A stretch of 64,000 bases of DNA from an uncultured Methanomassiliicoccales archaeon (GTDB lineage: Archaea; Thermoplasmatota; Thermoplasmata; Methanomassiliicoccales; UBA472). The stretch is taken from assembly GCA_963695345.1 (NCBI GenBank), contig OY968769.1, positions 1,056,001 through 1,120,000 of the forward strand, in the 5' to 3' direction. The notes under the pieces were generated by a model. The model saw only the letters and a program-made list of their open reading frames with translations, was not told the DNA's origin and did not search any database. Shown one piece after another: positions 1 to 9,885 of the stretch (position 1 is its first letter; every line of letters starts with the position of its first letter). Both the position numbers and the translations under genes were made by a program.

Positions 1-723
1 CTTGGCCCGGTCCATCTGACCGGTCTCGAGCAATACGATGGCCCCCTGTACGACGAATGGAGAGCTTTCGTCTGTGATCTGGTTGGCGATCAGCCCCTCA
101 AGGATATCCACGGCCTTCTCCGACTCGCCCATCCAGTGGCCCAGCAGGGCGGAGTTCGCTTGGCCGATGCGGTCGAATTTGGGGAATTTGGAGGAACGGG
201 AATAGAATTTTCTGGCCAGTTCGGCATGCTTCTGCATCAGTCCCTGGAGGTCCCTCTGATTGACCGCCAGGTACCTGGCCCTGGACGCCGAGAGCGAGTA
301 CAGGTTGCCGATCCGAAGACAGGCCTTGGCCCAGTACTCCGACTCGAACTCGAGGGTCTCGCAGTTCCAGATCATCGACGATATGACCTCCCTTTTTGGG
401 ATCCTCTCGAAACCGGTGAGATGCAGGGGCACGCCGACCCCATCCAGATACATATCCACGTAGGAGGGGATGCGGGACTGGTCCTTATCGGTCAACATGG
501 TCCGGAAAGTGAGGGCCGGCTCCGTGCCCTTGGAGAACTTGACCTCCGGCGATACCAGGGGCCCGATCATCATGGCGGCGCTGCGGGTGGGGACTAGACG
601 CTGGTCCGCGTTTGGGTCCATCAGCCTGGGGACGAGTGATACGGGTTCCCCCAATCTCCCAAAACACTTACCGCACAACAACGACCCAGACCTGGTCGGA
701 GAACCGCACACTACGCATCCCAT
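1..723 (-). CDS. Hypothetical protein with N-terminal CxxC-x10-CxxC zinc ribbon and helical (TPR-like) C-terminal part; runs off the window edge
   Basis: Not in ORF track. Manual translation from ATG at 723 gives MGCVVCGSPTRSGSLLCGKCFGRLGEP... and stays open to position 1. Confidence 0.7.
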   Translation of the reverse strand, partial: MGCVVCGSPTRSGSLLCGKCFGRLGEPVSLVPRLMDPNADQRLVPTRSAAMMIGPLVSPEVKFSKGTEPALTFRTMLTDKDQSRIPSYVDMYLDGVGVPLHLTGFERIPKREVISSMIWNCETLEFESEYWAKACLRIGNLYSLSASRARYLAVNQRDLQGLMQKHAELARKFYSRSSKFPKFDRIGQANSALLGHWMGESEKAVDILEGLIANQITDESSPFVVQGAIVLLETGQMDRAK

Positions 724-917
724 GAAACCACCGATTAGGGAATGTGCGGGTGGGCATTTAGGATTATCCCTCAAACAGCTCGCTGGGAAAGATATTTCGA
801 TGACACCTGGACTCAGAACACCCGCTCAGGAATACTTTGTCAACATGCACGTCTCCGATCCAATCGTCAGAGAACTCAGGCGATTGATTATGTGGTCGTC
901 GTCCTATCAGGTATCAT

Positions 918-1757
918 ATGTTTGTCACTGCCCTGGTGGACAACTCTCCGGGAACTGATGGTCTCGTGTCCGAGCACGGGCTGTCACTGGGAATATCGCT
1001 ACCGGAAAGGGAGATCCTGTTCGACACCGGTCCCTCATCAGCCTTTGCCAGGAACGCGAACATCCTGTCGTATGACCTGGGCCGGGTCGATCTGGCGGTC
1101 CTGTCGCATGGCCACTATGACCACGGAGGAGGATTGCAGACGTTCTTCGAGGCGAACGCGAGGGCGCCGCTGTATCTGATGCAGAGCGCGGGAGGGGACT
1201 TCCATGCCGAAAGAGATCAGAAAAGCCGCTACATCGGGCTCGACCAGGAAATGTTGGCAAGGAACGCCGACCGGCTTCGGTGGGTAAAGGAATCAATGAG
1301 CCTTGGTCCGGACGTCCACCTGATCACCGCGTTTCCTAATATCTACGATAGGCCCGTGGGCAATTCGGCTCTGAAGGAGAGACGTGAGGGCCTCCTGGTC
1401 CCGGACAATTTCGAGCATGAGCTTATCCTGGTGACCAAGGAAGAGGACGGGATAGCCGTCTTCACCGGCTGCGGCCACTCCGGAGTGCTGAACATGGTAA
1501 GCGCCGCCAGGTCCAGGTTCCCGCAGGAAAGGATCAAGGCGGTGGTGGGGGGATTCCATCTGATATCGGACCCGAAGCGCGGAGACATATCATGCCGGCC
1601 TGAGGATGTCCGCATGATCGGGAGGGAGCTGCTGGACCTCGGATGCGCCAGCGTCTTCGGCGGGCACTGCACCGGCAAGGAGGCGTCAAAACTGCTCAAG
1701 GACGAACTGGGGGACGCCTATCAGGAACTGCGCACCGGCCTGAGGTTCGTCATCTGA
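918..1757 (+). CDS. MBL-fold metallo-hydrolase
   Basis: EHGLS, LFDTG, SHGHYDHGGG, TGCGHSG, GGFH and GHCTG motifs. Confidence 0.85.
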   Translation: MFVTALVDNSPGTDGLVSEHGLSLGISLPEREILFDTGPSSAFARNANILSYDLGRVDLAVLSHGHYDHGGGLQTFFEANARAPLYLMQSAGGDFHAERDQKSRYIGLDQEMLARNADRLRWVKESMSLGPDVHLITAFPNIYDRPVGNSALKERREGLLVPDNFEHELILVTKEEDGIAVFTGCGHSGVLNMVSAARSRFPQERIKAVVGGFHLISDPKRGDISCRPEDVRMIGRELLDLGCASVFGGHCTGKEASKLLKDELGDAYQELRTGLRFVI

Positions 1758-1762
1758 GAGTG

Positions 1763-3304
1763 TCACAGCCTCTTCGACATATAGGGACCGGCCCGCTCGT
1801 ACCCCAATGTGGCATAGTACCTTCTCACGCCCACCCCGCTGGTCACCCGAAGTACCTCGTAACCGTGTTCCTTCGCCCTTTGCTCTGCCATGGAGAGCAG
1901 TTCCTTTCCGAAGCCGCGGTGCTGCACCTTGCCGTCCTGCCCGATCTTAGCCATCAGTCCGAACACCTTAAGCTCCCGGACCATGGCTTCGGACCCATCA
2001 CCCCGCCTCAGCCGGACAAAACCGACCAGGCCTTCCTTTTCGGGCAGCTCGAGCGAGATGAACTCCTCGACGCCGCCGGACGCGCGATAGGACTCGGTCC
2101 TCAACTCGACGTCCTTCCTGTCGAAGGCGGTGATGCCCTTGAGACCCACCTCCCGGCATCTGATGCACTGACACTTGCCTCCCTTCGTCCTCAAACGGGC
2201 CTCCGCCAGCTCCCTCAGGTGTCCCTTGTCCACCCCGGCCTCGATAAGCGGAACTGGTATGTCCCGCTGGATCCGCTGTATCCTGGCCCAGCGGGGCACA
2301 AGCCGGAGCATCTCCGAGGCGGTCTCGGTGGCCGCCTCCGTGTCGAGCGGTGAATACTCTCCGTTCACCCACATATCATAGAGCTTGGTCCCTTTCACCA
2401 CCAGGGTAGGATATATCTTCACCATGTCAGGACGGAACCGTTCATCTCCGAACATCGTTCTGAACGATCCCACATCTTTCTCCATGTTCGAACCGGGCAG
2501 ACCGGGCATCACGTGGTAGCAGACCTTGATGCCGGCATCCTTGGCGGCTTTGGTGGCGTCAGTGACGGCGTTGACGGTGTGACCCCGGTTGACCGATGCC
2601 AGGATCGCGTCGTCCAGTATCTGCACCCCAAACTCGACCCGGGTGGTGCCCAGGCGCAGCACGTTCTCGCAGATCTCCGGCGTGAAATGGTCCGGCCGGG
2701 TCTCGACGGTCATCCCGATGCACCGGTGCTCGGACATCTCGTTCCTTTCCTGCGCTTCGGTGAGAGTTTCTGAGACCTCCCCGTTCAGGCCGTCAAAGCA
2801 ACGCTTGACGAACTCGTCCTGATAGGACTTTTCACGCGAGGTGAACGTGCCGCCCATGATGATCAGGTCGACCTTCTCGGTCTCGTGGCCGATGGTCTCC
2901 AGCTGTTCCATGCGCCCCCGGACCTGCCGCTCCGGGTCGAACTCGTAATTGGCACCGCGGAGCGCGGCGGGCTCTTTGCCGGTGTAGGACTGTGGCGAAT
3001 TGTTGTCGACGCCCCCGGGGCAGAAGATGCACTTCCCGTGCGGGCAGGGCGCCGGCGACGTCATGACCGCCACCACCGCCACGCCGCTGAGCGTGCGGAC
3101 TGGTTTCCTTCTCAGGATGTTGATGACCAGCGGATACTCCTCCTCCGACGCCAGCGCCAGCGTCTCGGAGTTGCGCGGCACGGTGGGAAGCGAGTACAGG
3201 CGGCAGAGCTCGATCTTCGCCCTCTGCAGCCCATCCTTGTCGGTGACCTTACCTTCCAGTATCATCCGGAGGAGCTTCTCGTGATATGCGGTGGATTCGC
3301 CCAT
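1763..3304 (-). CDS. elp3: Elp3 tRNA U34 carboxymethyltransferase (radical SAM plus GNAT)
   Basis: CPHGKCIFCPGG, PQSYTGKEPA, GGTF, ETRPD, RIQRDIP, VRELKVFG and QHRGFG motifs. Confidence 0.95.
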   Translation of the reverse strand: MGESTAYHEKLLRMILEGKVTDKDGLQRAKIELCRLYSLPTVPRNSETLALASEEEYPLVINILRRKPVRTLSGVAVVAVMTSPAPCPHGKCIFCPGGVDNNSPQSYTGKEPAALRGANYEFDPERQVRGRMEQLETIGHETEKVDLIIMGGTFTSREKSYQDEFVKRCFDGLNGEVSETLTEAQERNEMSEHRCIGMTVETRPDHFTPEICENVLRLGTTRVEFGVQILDDAILASVNRGHTVNAVTDATKAAKDAGIKVCYHVMPGLPGSNMEKDVGSFRTMFGDERFRPDMVKIYPTLVVKGTKLYDMWVNGEYSPLDTEAATETASEMLRLVPRWARIQRIQRDIPVPLIEAGVDKGHLRELAEARLRTKGGKCQCIRCREVGLKGITAFDRKDVELRTESYRASGGVEEFISLELPEKEGLVGFVRLRRGDGSEAMVRELKVFGLMAKIGQDGKVQHRGFGKELLSMAEQRAKEHGYEVLRVTSGVGVRRYYATLGYERAGPYMSKRL

Positions 3305-3321
3305 GATGGATCTCGTTGCGC

Positions 3322-3603
3322 TCAGTTGTAGAAGATCGAGTCGGGCTGCTTCTTGCGGTCCTCCTCGTGCTTATAATCGAGGACGTCGATTATCAATACC
3401 GCCATGGATGGGACGATCCGCAACATTCCGTCCATCTTCTTGTCCTCGGACTGGAGCTTGATGCAGACACCCGAGTCCTGTCCGAACTGGGTATAGCCTA
3501 TGAACTCACCTACGGAGACTATCTGCTCGTCCTTCCCGCCTTTGCTGATGATCCGGTACTTGCTTCCCTTGGTCAATTTGCTTGGATACTTCTCATCTTC
3601 CAT
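3322..3603 (-). CDS. Small conserved-looking beta-rich hypothetical protein (93 aa)
   Basis: ATG at 3603 (MEDEKYPSKL...), closely packed between the wHTH gene and elp3. Confidence 0.7.
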   Translation of the reverse strand: MEDEKYPSKLTKGSKYRIISKGGKDEQIVSVGEFIGYTQFGQDSGVCIKLQSEDKKMDGMLRIVPSMAVLIIDVLDYKHEEDRKKQPDSIFYN

Positions 3604-3608
3604 GTTGG

Positions 3609-4058
3609 TCACTCCCGGTTGGCAAGGTCCTGCATGTGGTCCACGGTCTGGCGGTAGTTCTTCATGGCCATCTCCACGTTGGCCTCGGTGAAGGACCATG
3701 CTTTCGACAGGTCGCCATAGCGGACCCGATAGCCCTTCTTCTTTCCGCCATCCCGCTCCGCATCGACCTCCTCGAGGATGTCCATCGACTTGAGCTTGTT
3801 GAGGTGACGGTAGATGGTCGGCTTGGTGGTCCTCAGCTCGACCGCCATCTCCTCCACCAGCCATATCCTTTTCATGTTTCTCAGGAAGCAGTCGGTGAAC
3901 ATCTTGTACGGGACGCTGTCCTGCACATTGGAGACCTCTGTCTTCGGGTCATAGCCTTTCGGAATGTAACCGATCTGCTGCAGGAACTGCAATGCTACCT
4001 CGTCAAGGTCCCTGATGGGCGTCAGCGGTGTGTTGCTGACGATGCTGAGCTCGAACAT
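3609..4058 (-). CDS. Winged-helix (ArsR-like) transcriptional regulator
   Basis: EEMAVELRTTKPTIYRHLNKLKSMDIL helix-turn-helix followed by a wing. Confidence 0.8.
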   Translation of the reverse strand: MFELSIVSNTPLTPIRDLDEVALQFLQQIGYIPKGYDPKTEVSNVQDSVPYKMFTDCFLRNMKRIWLVEEMAVELRTTKPTIYRHLNKLKSMDILEEVDAERDGGKKKGYRVRYGDLSKAWSFTEANVEMAMKNYRQTVDHMQDLANRE

Positions 4059-4297
4059 AACAATCGGACCGCCATGAGGAGCAAATGATATAGTCTTTAC
4101 TAATTTAGCTAAGGACTAATCTAAAATAGCCATGAACTTCACAATAGATGTCGAGGGGGCCGGAAAAAATTGCCTACCATTTTTTTCATACATTCGTATC
4201 AGGTTGGTATAAAATTATCACGATTGGGTTAGATTTTCCCTAAATATGCACAATCACTATATATCATTTTGATTTTAGTTGCAGATAGGTAATATTA

Positions 4298-5431
4298 ATG
4301 AACAAGAAAATTGCGATATTGGCCCTTGTTGTGGTGGCCGTTCTCCTCGTCGGGGGGATAGCTTTGTCCGGAGTGCTGAACCCAAGTTCCACGAAAGGTA
4401 CGATCAGATATACGGACGTAGCCCCTGTCAATCAGCAGGCCTATATCCAACAGGGTCTGATCGATGGTGGAGTTAGCTGGGAACCGTATGTGTCTGACTC
4501 AATATCGAACGGGACCGGGCATGCCCTGGTGACATCGCATGATCTATGGCCCAACCACCCCTGTTGCGTGGTGGCATCCTCGACCTCTTTCCTGCAGGCT
4601 AACGGCCTGACCGTTCTTAAGGTCCTCAAGGCGCACATCGAGGCCAATCAATGGATAGCCGATACGCTGGCGAAAAAGGACACCCCGGCCGGGGCCTCAA
4701 ACTACACCCTGCTTCTGAACATCGGAGCCCAGTTCAGCGCCCGCAACACGACCGTTGTGGAAATGTCCCTGCAGAACATGGTCCTCACCTACAACCTGAC
4801 CGCCCAGACCGTCTCATATCTGAAGACCTTCACCCAAGCCTACATCGACTCTGGCCTGATATTGAACAACACCTTGAGCCAGAGAGGGTTCGCTAACATC
4901 GACGCCTTCCTTGCCGCATTCGTCAACACCACCGCCCTGACCGAGGCCGATGCGCTGGCCCCGGTGGATCCCAGCGCGGAGCTCACCGAGGTATCGATCG
5001 GATACCTGCTGGGAGACCTGCACCAATTCGCCAGGGTAGTGGCTGAGAACAAGACCGTCGGCAGCCTGATGGGTCTGGGAGACCGGAGCCTATTCGCGGC
5101 CTATGGCATAAAGACCGTCAGCCCATCTGGCATGCCGAGCGCCGGATATGCGAATGGCGGCGCGGTCATGACCGCATTCAGCCAGGGAGTTGTTGATATC
5201 GCGTACCTGGGTGCTCCGCCAACGATCCTGAACCGCCTGAACCTGAACGTCGGTGTCACGGTCATGGCATTGGCCAACACCGAGGGATCGGCCCTGGTGG
5301 TCAAGAACTCGGTCACGGACATCAACCATCTTGACGGACTCTTGATCGGTGAACCCGGCCCGTCATCGATCCAGTATCTGATGCTCCTGGAGATCGCAAA
5401 ACAGCATGGATACACAATAGTCAAGAACTGA
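4298..5431 (+). CDS. NitT/TauT/SsuA-family ABC substrate-binding protein, circularly permuted
   Basis: N-terminal anchor; WEPY and WPNHPCCVV motifs come before IGYL, DIAYLGAPP, EGSALVV and PGPSSIQ motifs. Confidence 0.85.
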   Translation: MNKKIAILALVVVAVLLVGGIALSGVLNPSSTKGTIRYTDVAPVNQQAYIQQGLIDGGVSWEPYVSDSISNGTGHALVTSHDLWPNHPCCVVASSTSFLQANGLTVLKVLKAHIEANQWIADTLAKKDTPAGASNYTLLLNIGAQFSARNTTVVEMSLQNMVLTYNLTAQTVSYLKTFTQAYIDSGLILNNTLSQRGFANIDAFLAAFVNTTALTEADALAPVDPSAELTEVSIGYLLGDLHQFARVVAENKTVGSLMGLGDRSLFAAYGIKTVSPSGMPSAGYANGGAVMTAFSQGVVDIAYLGAPPTILNRLNLNVGVTVMALANTEGSALVVKNSVTDINHLDGLLIGEPGPSSIQYLMLLEIAKQHGYTIVKN

Positions 5432-5483
5432 AACCCTTCAGCAAACCTTTTTATTTTTCAAGCTTGCTGGAGTGTGCCATCGG

Positions 5484-6308
5484 ATGTCAGCTATGTCTGG
5501 AATGTTGTTGGGCTCCAAAGCCTATCTGAACAAAGGGAACCTGCTCAAATATTCCTTGATGGCAAGCTCTATCCCTCTCTTCATCGCGTTTTGGTGGCTG
5601 CTTTCGCTTTACTTGTATGGTCAGAATTTCTTCTACCTCCCGACACCAAATGAGGTCCTGACCGCGTGGCTGACATCGGTCAACCGGGATCCGGCGACCG
5701 GGCTGCCTCTCCTTACAAATGTGCTCTCGAGCCTTACCCGGTTCTTCAGCGGCTTCTTCCTGGCATTCGCCATCGCGGTACCGCTGGGCCTGCTGATCGG
5801 CTACTCGAGCCTGGTGGAAGCGTTCTCAAAGCCGGTCATCGAGATACTCAGACCGATCGCTCCGATCGCCTGGGTGCCGTTCTTGCTGGTCTCATTGGGA
5901 TTTTTCTGGGGACCGGTCATAACGATATTCATTGGTGTGATATTCCCCATACTGTCCAATGTCGTCTTCGGGGTCAGGAGCGTGGACCCGCTGCTGCTTG
6001 ACGTCGCCAAGACCCAGGGGGCCTCCGAGACCCAGATATTCACCAAGATCTATCTCCCCTCATCCGTTCCGTTCATCATGACCGGGGTGAAGGTGGGAGT
6101 AGGCGTAGGTTGGATGTGCATAGTCGCCGCGGAATTCCAGTCCGCCAAGGGCGGAGGGGTGGGTTCGATAATCGTCTCCGGCATGGGCATAGGAAGGCCG
6201 GACATCACGTTTGCGGGAATGCTAACCATAGCGATACTGGGGATCCTGACCCTATGGGGTACCAATTTGATCGAAAGGGGGGTGCTGAAATGGATGGGAA
6301 TGAAATAG
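5484..6308 (+). CDS. NitT/TauT ABC permease
   Basis: LPTP, LRPIAPIAW, AKTQGAS (EAA-like) and WMCIVAAE motifs; multiple TM segments. Confidence 0.9.
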   Translation: MSAMSGMLLGSKAYLNKGNLLKYSLMASSIPLFIAFWWLLSLYLYGQNFFYLPTPNEVLTAWLTSVNRDPATGLPLLTNVLSSLTRFFSGFFLAFAIAVPLGLLIGYSSLVEAFSKPVIEILRPIAPIAWVPFLLVSLGFFWGPVITIFIGVIFPILSNVVFGVRSVDPLLLDVAKTQGASETQIFTKIYLPSSVPFIMTGVKVGVGVGWMCIVAAEFQSAKGGGVGSIIVSGMGIGRPDITFAGMLTIAILGILTLWGTNLIERGVLKWMGMK

Positions 6309-7069
6309 CTCTCTCCATAGAGAAAATGGGGAAGACATTCCCCAAGGAAGGCGGCGAGATGGTGGCATTGGAGGAAACGGACCTCCAGGTCAAGAATGGG
6401 GAGTTCGTATGCATCCTTGGCCCTTCTGGATGCGGAAAGACGACCCTCCTTCGGATCATCGCGGGACTGCAGAGACCCACCACCGGAAGGATCACCATCA
6501 AGGGCAAGGAAATTACCGGACCGGGCTCGGACCGGGGAATGGTGTTCCAAGAGTTCGGGCTGCTGCCCTGGCGGACGGTCAGGAGCAATGTGGAGTTCGG
6601 CCTGGAACTGAAGGGCGTGGAGAGATCGGAAAGGACCAAGGTATCCACCCGGCTCATCGAGATGGTCGGCCTCACTGGATTCGAGGAAGCGCACCCCAAT
6701 GAGCTTTCCGGAGGAATGAAACAGCGTGTCGGCATAGCACGGGCCTTGGCCACCGATCCGGCGATTCTGCTGATGGACGAACCTTTCGGGGCCCTGGACG
6801 CGCAGACCAGGAACCTGATGCAGAAAGAACTGCTCCGTATCTGGAAAGAGACCAAGAAGACCGTTATCTTTGTTACCCATTCGGTCGATGAGGCGGTCTT
6901 CCTAGCGGACCGCATCATCGTGCTGAGCGGTCGGCCAGGGCACATCAAGGATATCTATGATATTCCCTGGGAAAAGCCAAGGGACCGTTCCAGCCCGGAT
7001 TTTGCCAGCCTCCGGAAGTGCATCCTGAACGAACTGGAGCAAGAAGTGATCGGCACCCCGAAGAAATGA
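6290..7069 (+). CDS. NitT/TauT ABC ATP-binding protein
   Basis: GPSGCGKT, LSGGMKQR, LLMDEPFGALD and VTHSVDEA motifs; start MDGNEI overlaps the permease end. Confidence 0.93.
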   Translation: MDGNEIALSIEKMGKTFPKEGGEMVALEETDLQVKNGEFVCILGPSGCGKTTLLRIIAGLQRPTTGRITIKGKEITGPGSDRGMVFQEFGLLPWRTVRSNVEFGLELKGVERSERTKVSTRLIEMVGLTGFEEAHPNELSGGMKQRVGIARALATDPAILLMDEPFGALDAQTRNLMQKELLRIWKETKKTVIFVTHSVDEAVFLADRIIVLSGRPGHIKDIYDIPWEKPRDRSSPDFASLRKCILNELEQEVIGTPKK

Positions 7070-7077
7070 CGTTTTGA

Positions 7078-7599
7078 TCAGAGCACCTTTGAGGCGGCGA
7101 CCTCGATCGCCCGCTTCACGCTGTCCCTCGGAATGACCACGCTGACCGGTATGTTCAGGATCTGTTCGATCGTCGGGGCGATGATGGGGGCGCAGACGAT
7201 GGCCAAAGCGCCGTCCCTCTCCGCTTTCACCGCAGCGATGATAGCGTCCTCCATCGTCAATGCCGGATATTCCTTGACCTTGACGTTCCTTTCACCAACC
7301 TGGATTATACGTTCCTCGATCTTCACCAGCACGGTCTTGGTGGCGATGACGGCGATGAACTCCCCTCCGGGATAGGTGTCCATCTTCCGGACCGCCTTGA
7401 TCACCGCCCGAACGGTGCGCAGATTGGGCTCACGCTGCTCCTGCAGGATCTTGTACACGGTGGACGGAGATAGACCGGTCTTGGCGCAGAACTCCGGTAC
7501 GCTGACCTTGAGGTCCTGCTCAAGAATCTTGCGAAGTGCCTCCCGGAAACCCTCCTCGCTCCTGAGGATGCCGCTTACGAGCTCGTCCACCATCGACAT
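7078..7599 (-). CDS. Archaeal HTH transcriptional regulator (COG2522-like)
   Basis: GLSPSTVYKI...REPNLRT helix-turn-helix; C-terminal KEYPA...IIAAVKAERDGALAIVCAPI. Confidence 0.8.
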   Translation of the reverse strand: MSMVDELVSGILRSEEGFREALRKILEQDLKVSVPEFCAKTGLSPSTVYKILQEQREPNLRTVRAVIKAVRKMDTYPGGEFIAVIATKTVLVKIEERIIQVGERNVKVKEYPALTMEDAIIAAVKAERDGALAIVCAPIIAPTIEQILNIPVSVVIPRDSVKRAIEVAASKVL

Positions 7600-7600
7600 C

Positions 7601-8491
7601 TTACTCGGTCTCCTTTCTGATGATGTTCGCTGCGGTGGTGCCGGCCACACATCCCTGCCCGACCGCCTTGGCCAATTGCCACGGAAGCCCGGTCACGTCC
7701 CCGCAGGCCAGGACGTTTGACTGCTCGGTCTTGCAGTCGGCATCGACCTTGATGAAACCCTTTTCGTCAGGAACAATACCTACATCCATTGCCAGATCGG
7801 CGGAGCCCCTCGCCCCAAGTTCAATGAAGACCCCGTTGACATCCAGTTTACGACCATCCTTGAGTTCCAGGGCGGTGACCACATCGGTGCCCAGGATCTT
7901 CGCCGGCCAGGCCGGGATCAGGACCTCGATGTCGCTGGCCTTCACCTTGGCATTCAGTTCATCGGAGGCCTTGTTCTCCTTGGCCACCCAATAGACCTTC
8001 GAGGCGTATTCTTTGAGGAGCAATGCACCAGCTGCCGCCATGCTTCCCTCCCCGACGACCGCCACGGTCTTCTTCTTGAAGAAATGGCAGTCGCACGCGG
8101 CGCAATAGCTGACGCCCAGACCATGGTACTCCTTCTCTCCCTCGACGTTGAGCTTGACCCGAGAAATACCAGGGGCCAGGATGATGATCTTTGCTCGCAC
8201 CTTGTTCATCTTGTCGGTGTCCATGACGAACCAATCATCCTCTCTGTTCAGGTCCATCACGTCCTCAGTCATGACGGCCGCCCCAAAATGTATAGCCTGC
8301 TCGACTCCCGTGGCCAGGAGCTCCTTTCCCTCGGCGGTAACGATGCCAAAGCAATTCTCCACCTTCGCCTTGCTCAAGGCGCTGTTCTCGCCTTTCCCTA
8401 GGACCACTACCTTGACCTTCTTCCTGGCGGCGTGAATGGCCGCCTGAAGTCCAGCGGGACCACATCCGATAATGGCAACGTCGAAATCCAT
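7601..8491 (-). CDS. trxB: Thioredoxin-disulfide reductase family protein
   Basis: IGCGPAG FAD motif, GVSYCAACD active site, ACGDVTG motif. Confidence 0.88.
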   Translation of the reverse strand: MDFDVAIIGCGPAGLQAAIHAARKKVKVVVLGKGENSALSKAKVENCFGIVTAEGKELLATGVEQAIHFGAAVMTEDVMDLNREDDWFVMDTDKMNKVRAKIIILAPGISRVKLNVEGEKEYHGLGVSYCAACDCHFFKKKTVAVVGEGSMAAAGALLLKEYASKVYWVAKENKASDELNAKVKASDIEVLIPAWPAKILGTDVVTALELKDGRKLDVNGVFIELGARGSADLAMDVGIVPDEKGFIKVDADCKTEQSNVLACGDVTGLPWQLAKAVGQGCVAGTTAANIIRKETE

Positions 8492-8906
8492 TTTCTAACC
8501 CGATTATTGATGGATTAGACTATATAACCATTTTCCGTCAGGGTGATACTTATCGCGTTAAGGAATTCCAGTTGCTCTTGAATTCCATCTCAGATGTCCC
8601 CTGTCAGATAGGCCCTAGCGGACGGCGGTGGCAAGGCAAGTGGCTTCCAGATAATGATCAAAATATGTGTGCCGGGACGGCCTTCACAGCCCTCATGAAG
8701 CGCCTGAAACGCTTGTTCGCTGCAAAGCGGCTGAACCGAAACGCTTCTACCCGACGAAATGAAAATCTGGCTTGATGCTTCATTCCAGAATAATCAGGTT
8801 TGTCTTCCGGGACAGGCGATCAGAGCGATGCCCTTTTGAAAATATTCTCCAGAAGAGTCGGATGGCGGCCGGTCGGCCAACTGTCAACCGGCCGGGGGAT
8901 CGTCGA

Positions 8907-9344
8907 TTAAAGGTGTTTGGCGAACTTGGCCCTCATGAAGTCCTTGTTGCCGGCCCCAACGATCCTATCGACCATCTCGCCGTTCTTGAAGACGAGAAGG
9001 GTCGGAATCGCAGAGATGTTGAACCTCATCGGGATGTTCTCGTTCTCATCGGTGTTCAGTTTGCCGAACACAATCTTGCCCTCGAACTCCTTGGCAAGCT
9101 CGTCGATGATCGGACCCAGGCTGCGGCACGGCCCGCACCAGGGAGCCCAGCAATCTATGATCACTATCTTGTTGGCCTTTACGAAATCGTCGAACGTGCT
9201 ATCCTTGACCTCAGTTGCGGATGACATCTTCTCAACTCCTTTCTTGTTAGATGACTCATGCTTCAGCGATTCAAGCTTTTTCCTTCGGATGGCCTCAAGC
9301 TCTTCCAATTCATTCAAATCGTCAGACCCCGTCCGGTTGTGCAT
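8907..9344 (-). CDS. trxA: Thioredoxin
   Basis: WAPWCGPC active site and IPTLLVFKNG; N-terminal ELEAIRRKKL extension typical of archaeal Trx. Confidence 0.93.
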   Translation of the reverse strand: MHNRTGSDDLNELEELEAIRRKKLESLKHESSNKKGVEKMSSATEVKDSTFDDFVKANKIVIIDCWAPWCGPCRSLGPIIDELAKEFEGKIVFGKLNTDENENIPMRFNISAIPTLLVFKNGEMVDRIVGAGNKDFMRAKFAKHL

Positions 9345-9563
9345 GAACAGTACATAACCGTATTCCTCTCATTGGGATAAATACCTTTTCTCGGAACTTT
9401 CCGACAAGCATATTTGATGCTGGCACTTGAGGTAGCTATCGCAGGCAGTACTATTTAATAAATCTCGGGTGCGACAATTCCTCTGGCAATAATCATGTCA
9501 TTGTATGACTGGGTCCAATAAGCCTTAAAAGGGTGATTGTCGTTATGCATCTTGGGATCGGCG

Positions 9564-9845
9564 ATGCTTGAGGAAGCTACAGAGCTCATCGGATTGCAGG
9601 TGTATACACCAAATGGCATTTTCTTGGGGAACGTCAACAACCTGGTAATCGACCTGGAAAACAAGAAGGTCGACGGGCTCTTCATTAATGAGACCAACCC
9701 GTTATTGGTTGAGGACTCGAAGGCAGTCAATGTACCATACCGCTGGATCCAGTCGGTAGGGGACGTCGTCATACTGAAGTACTTCCCGAAGCGCGTCACG
9801 GCTCGCAAGCCGGCGGCGAAGCCAGCGGCTCCAGCCCAAGAGTGA
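9564..9845 (+). CDS. PRC-barrel domain protein
   Basis: LIGLQVYTPNGIFLGNV and VPYRWIQSVGDVVIL motifs. Confidence 0.85.
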   Translation: MLEEATELIGLQVYTPNGIFLGNVNNLVIDLENKKVDGLFINETNPLLVEDSKAVNVPYRWIQSVGDVVILKYFPKRVTARKPAAKPAAPAQE

Positions 9846-9885
9846 CCAAAACCTTTTCTAGACTTCATTACTTTTGCGTAGTGGT

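Noticed and set aside
136-958. Plus-strand ORFs 136-597, 260-463 and 470-958
   Set aside because: Antisense shadows of the minus-strand gene starting at 723; no recognisable motifs
8492-8906. Possible ncRNA or ORF in the trxA-trxB gap (repeated GAAACGCTT)
   Set aside because: Short repeat only, no convincing structure or coding signal
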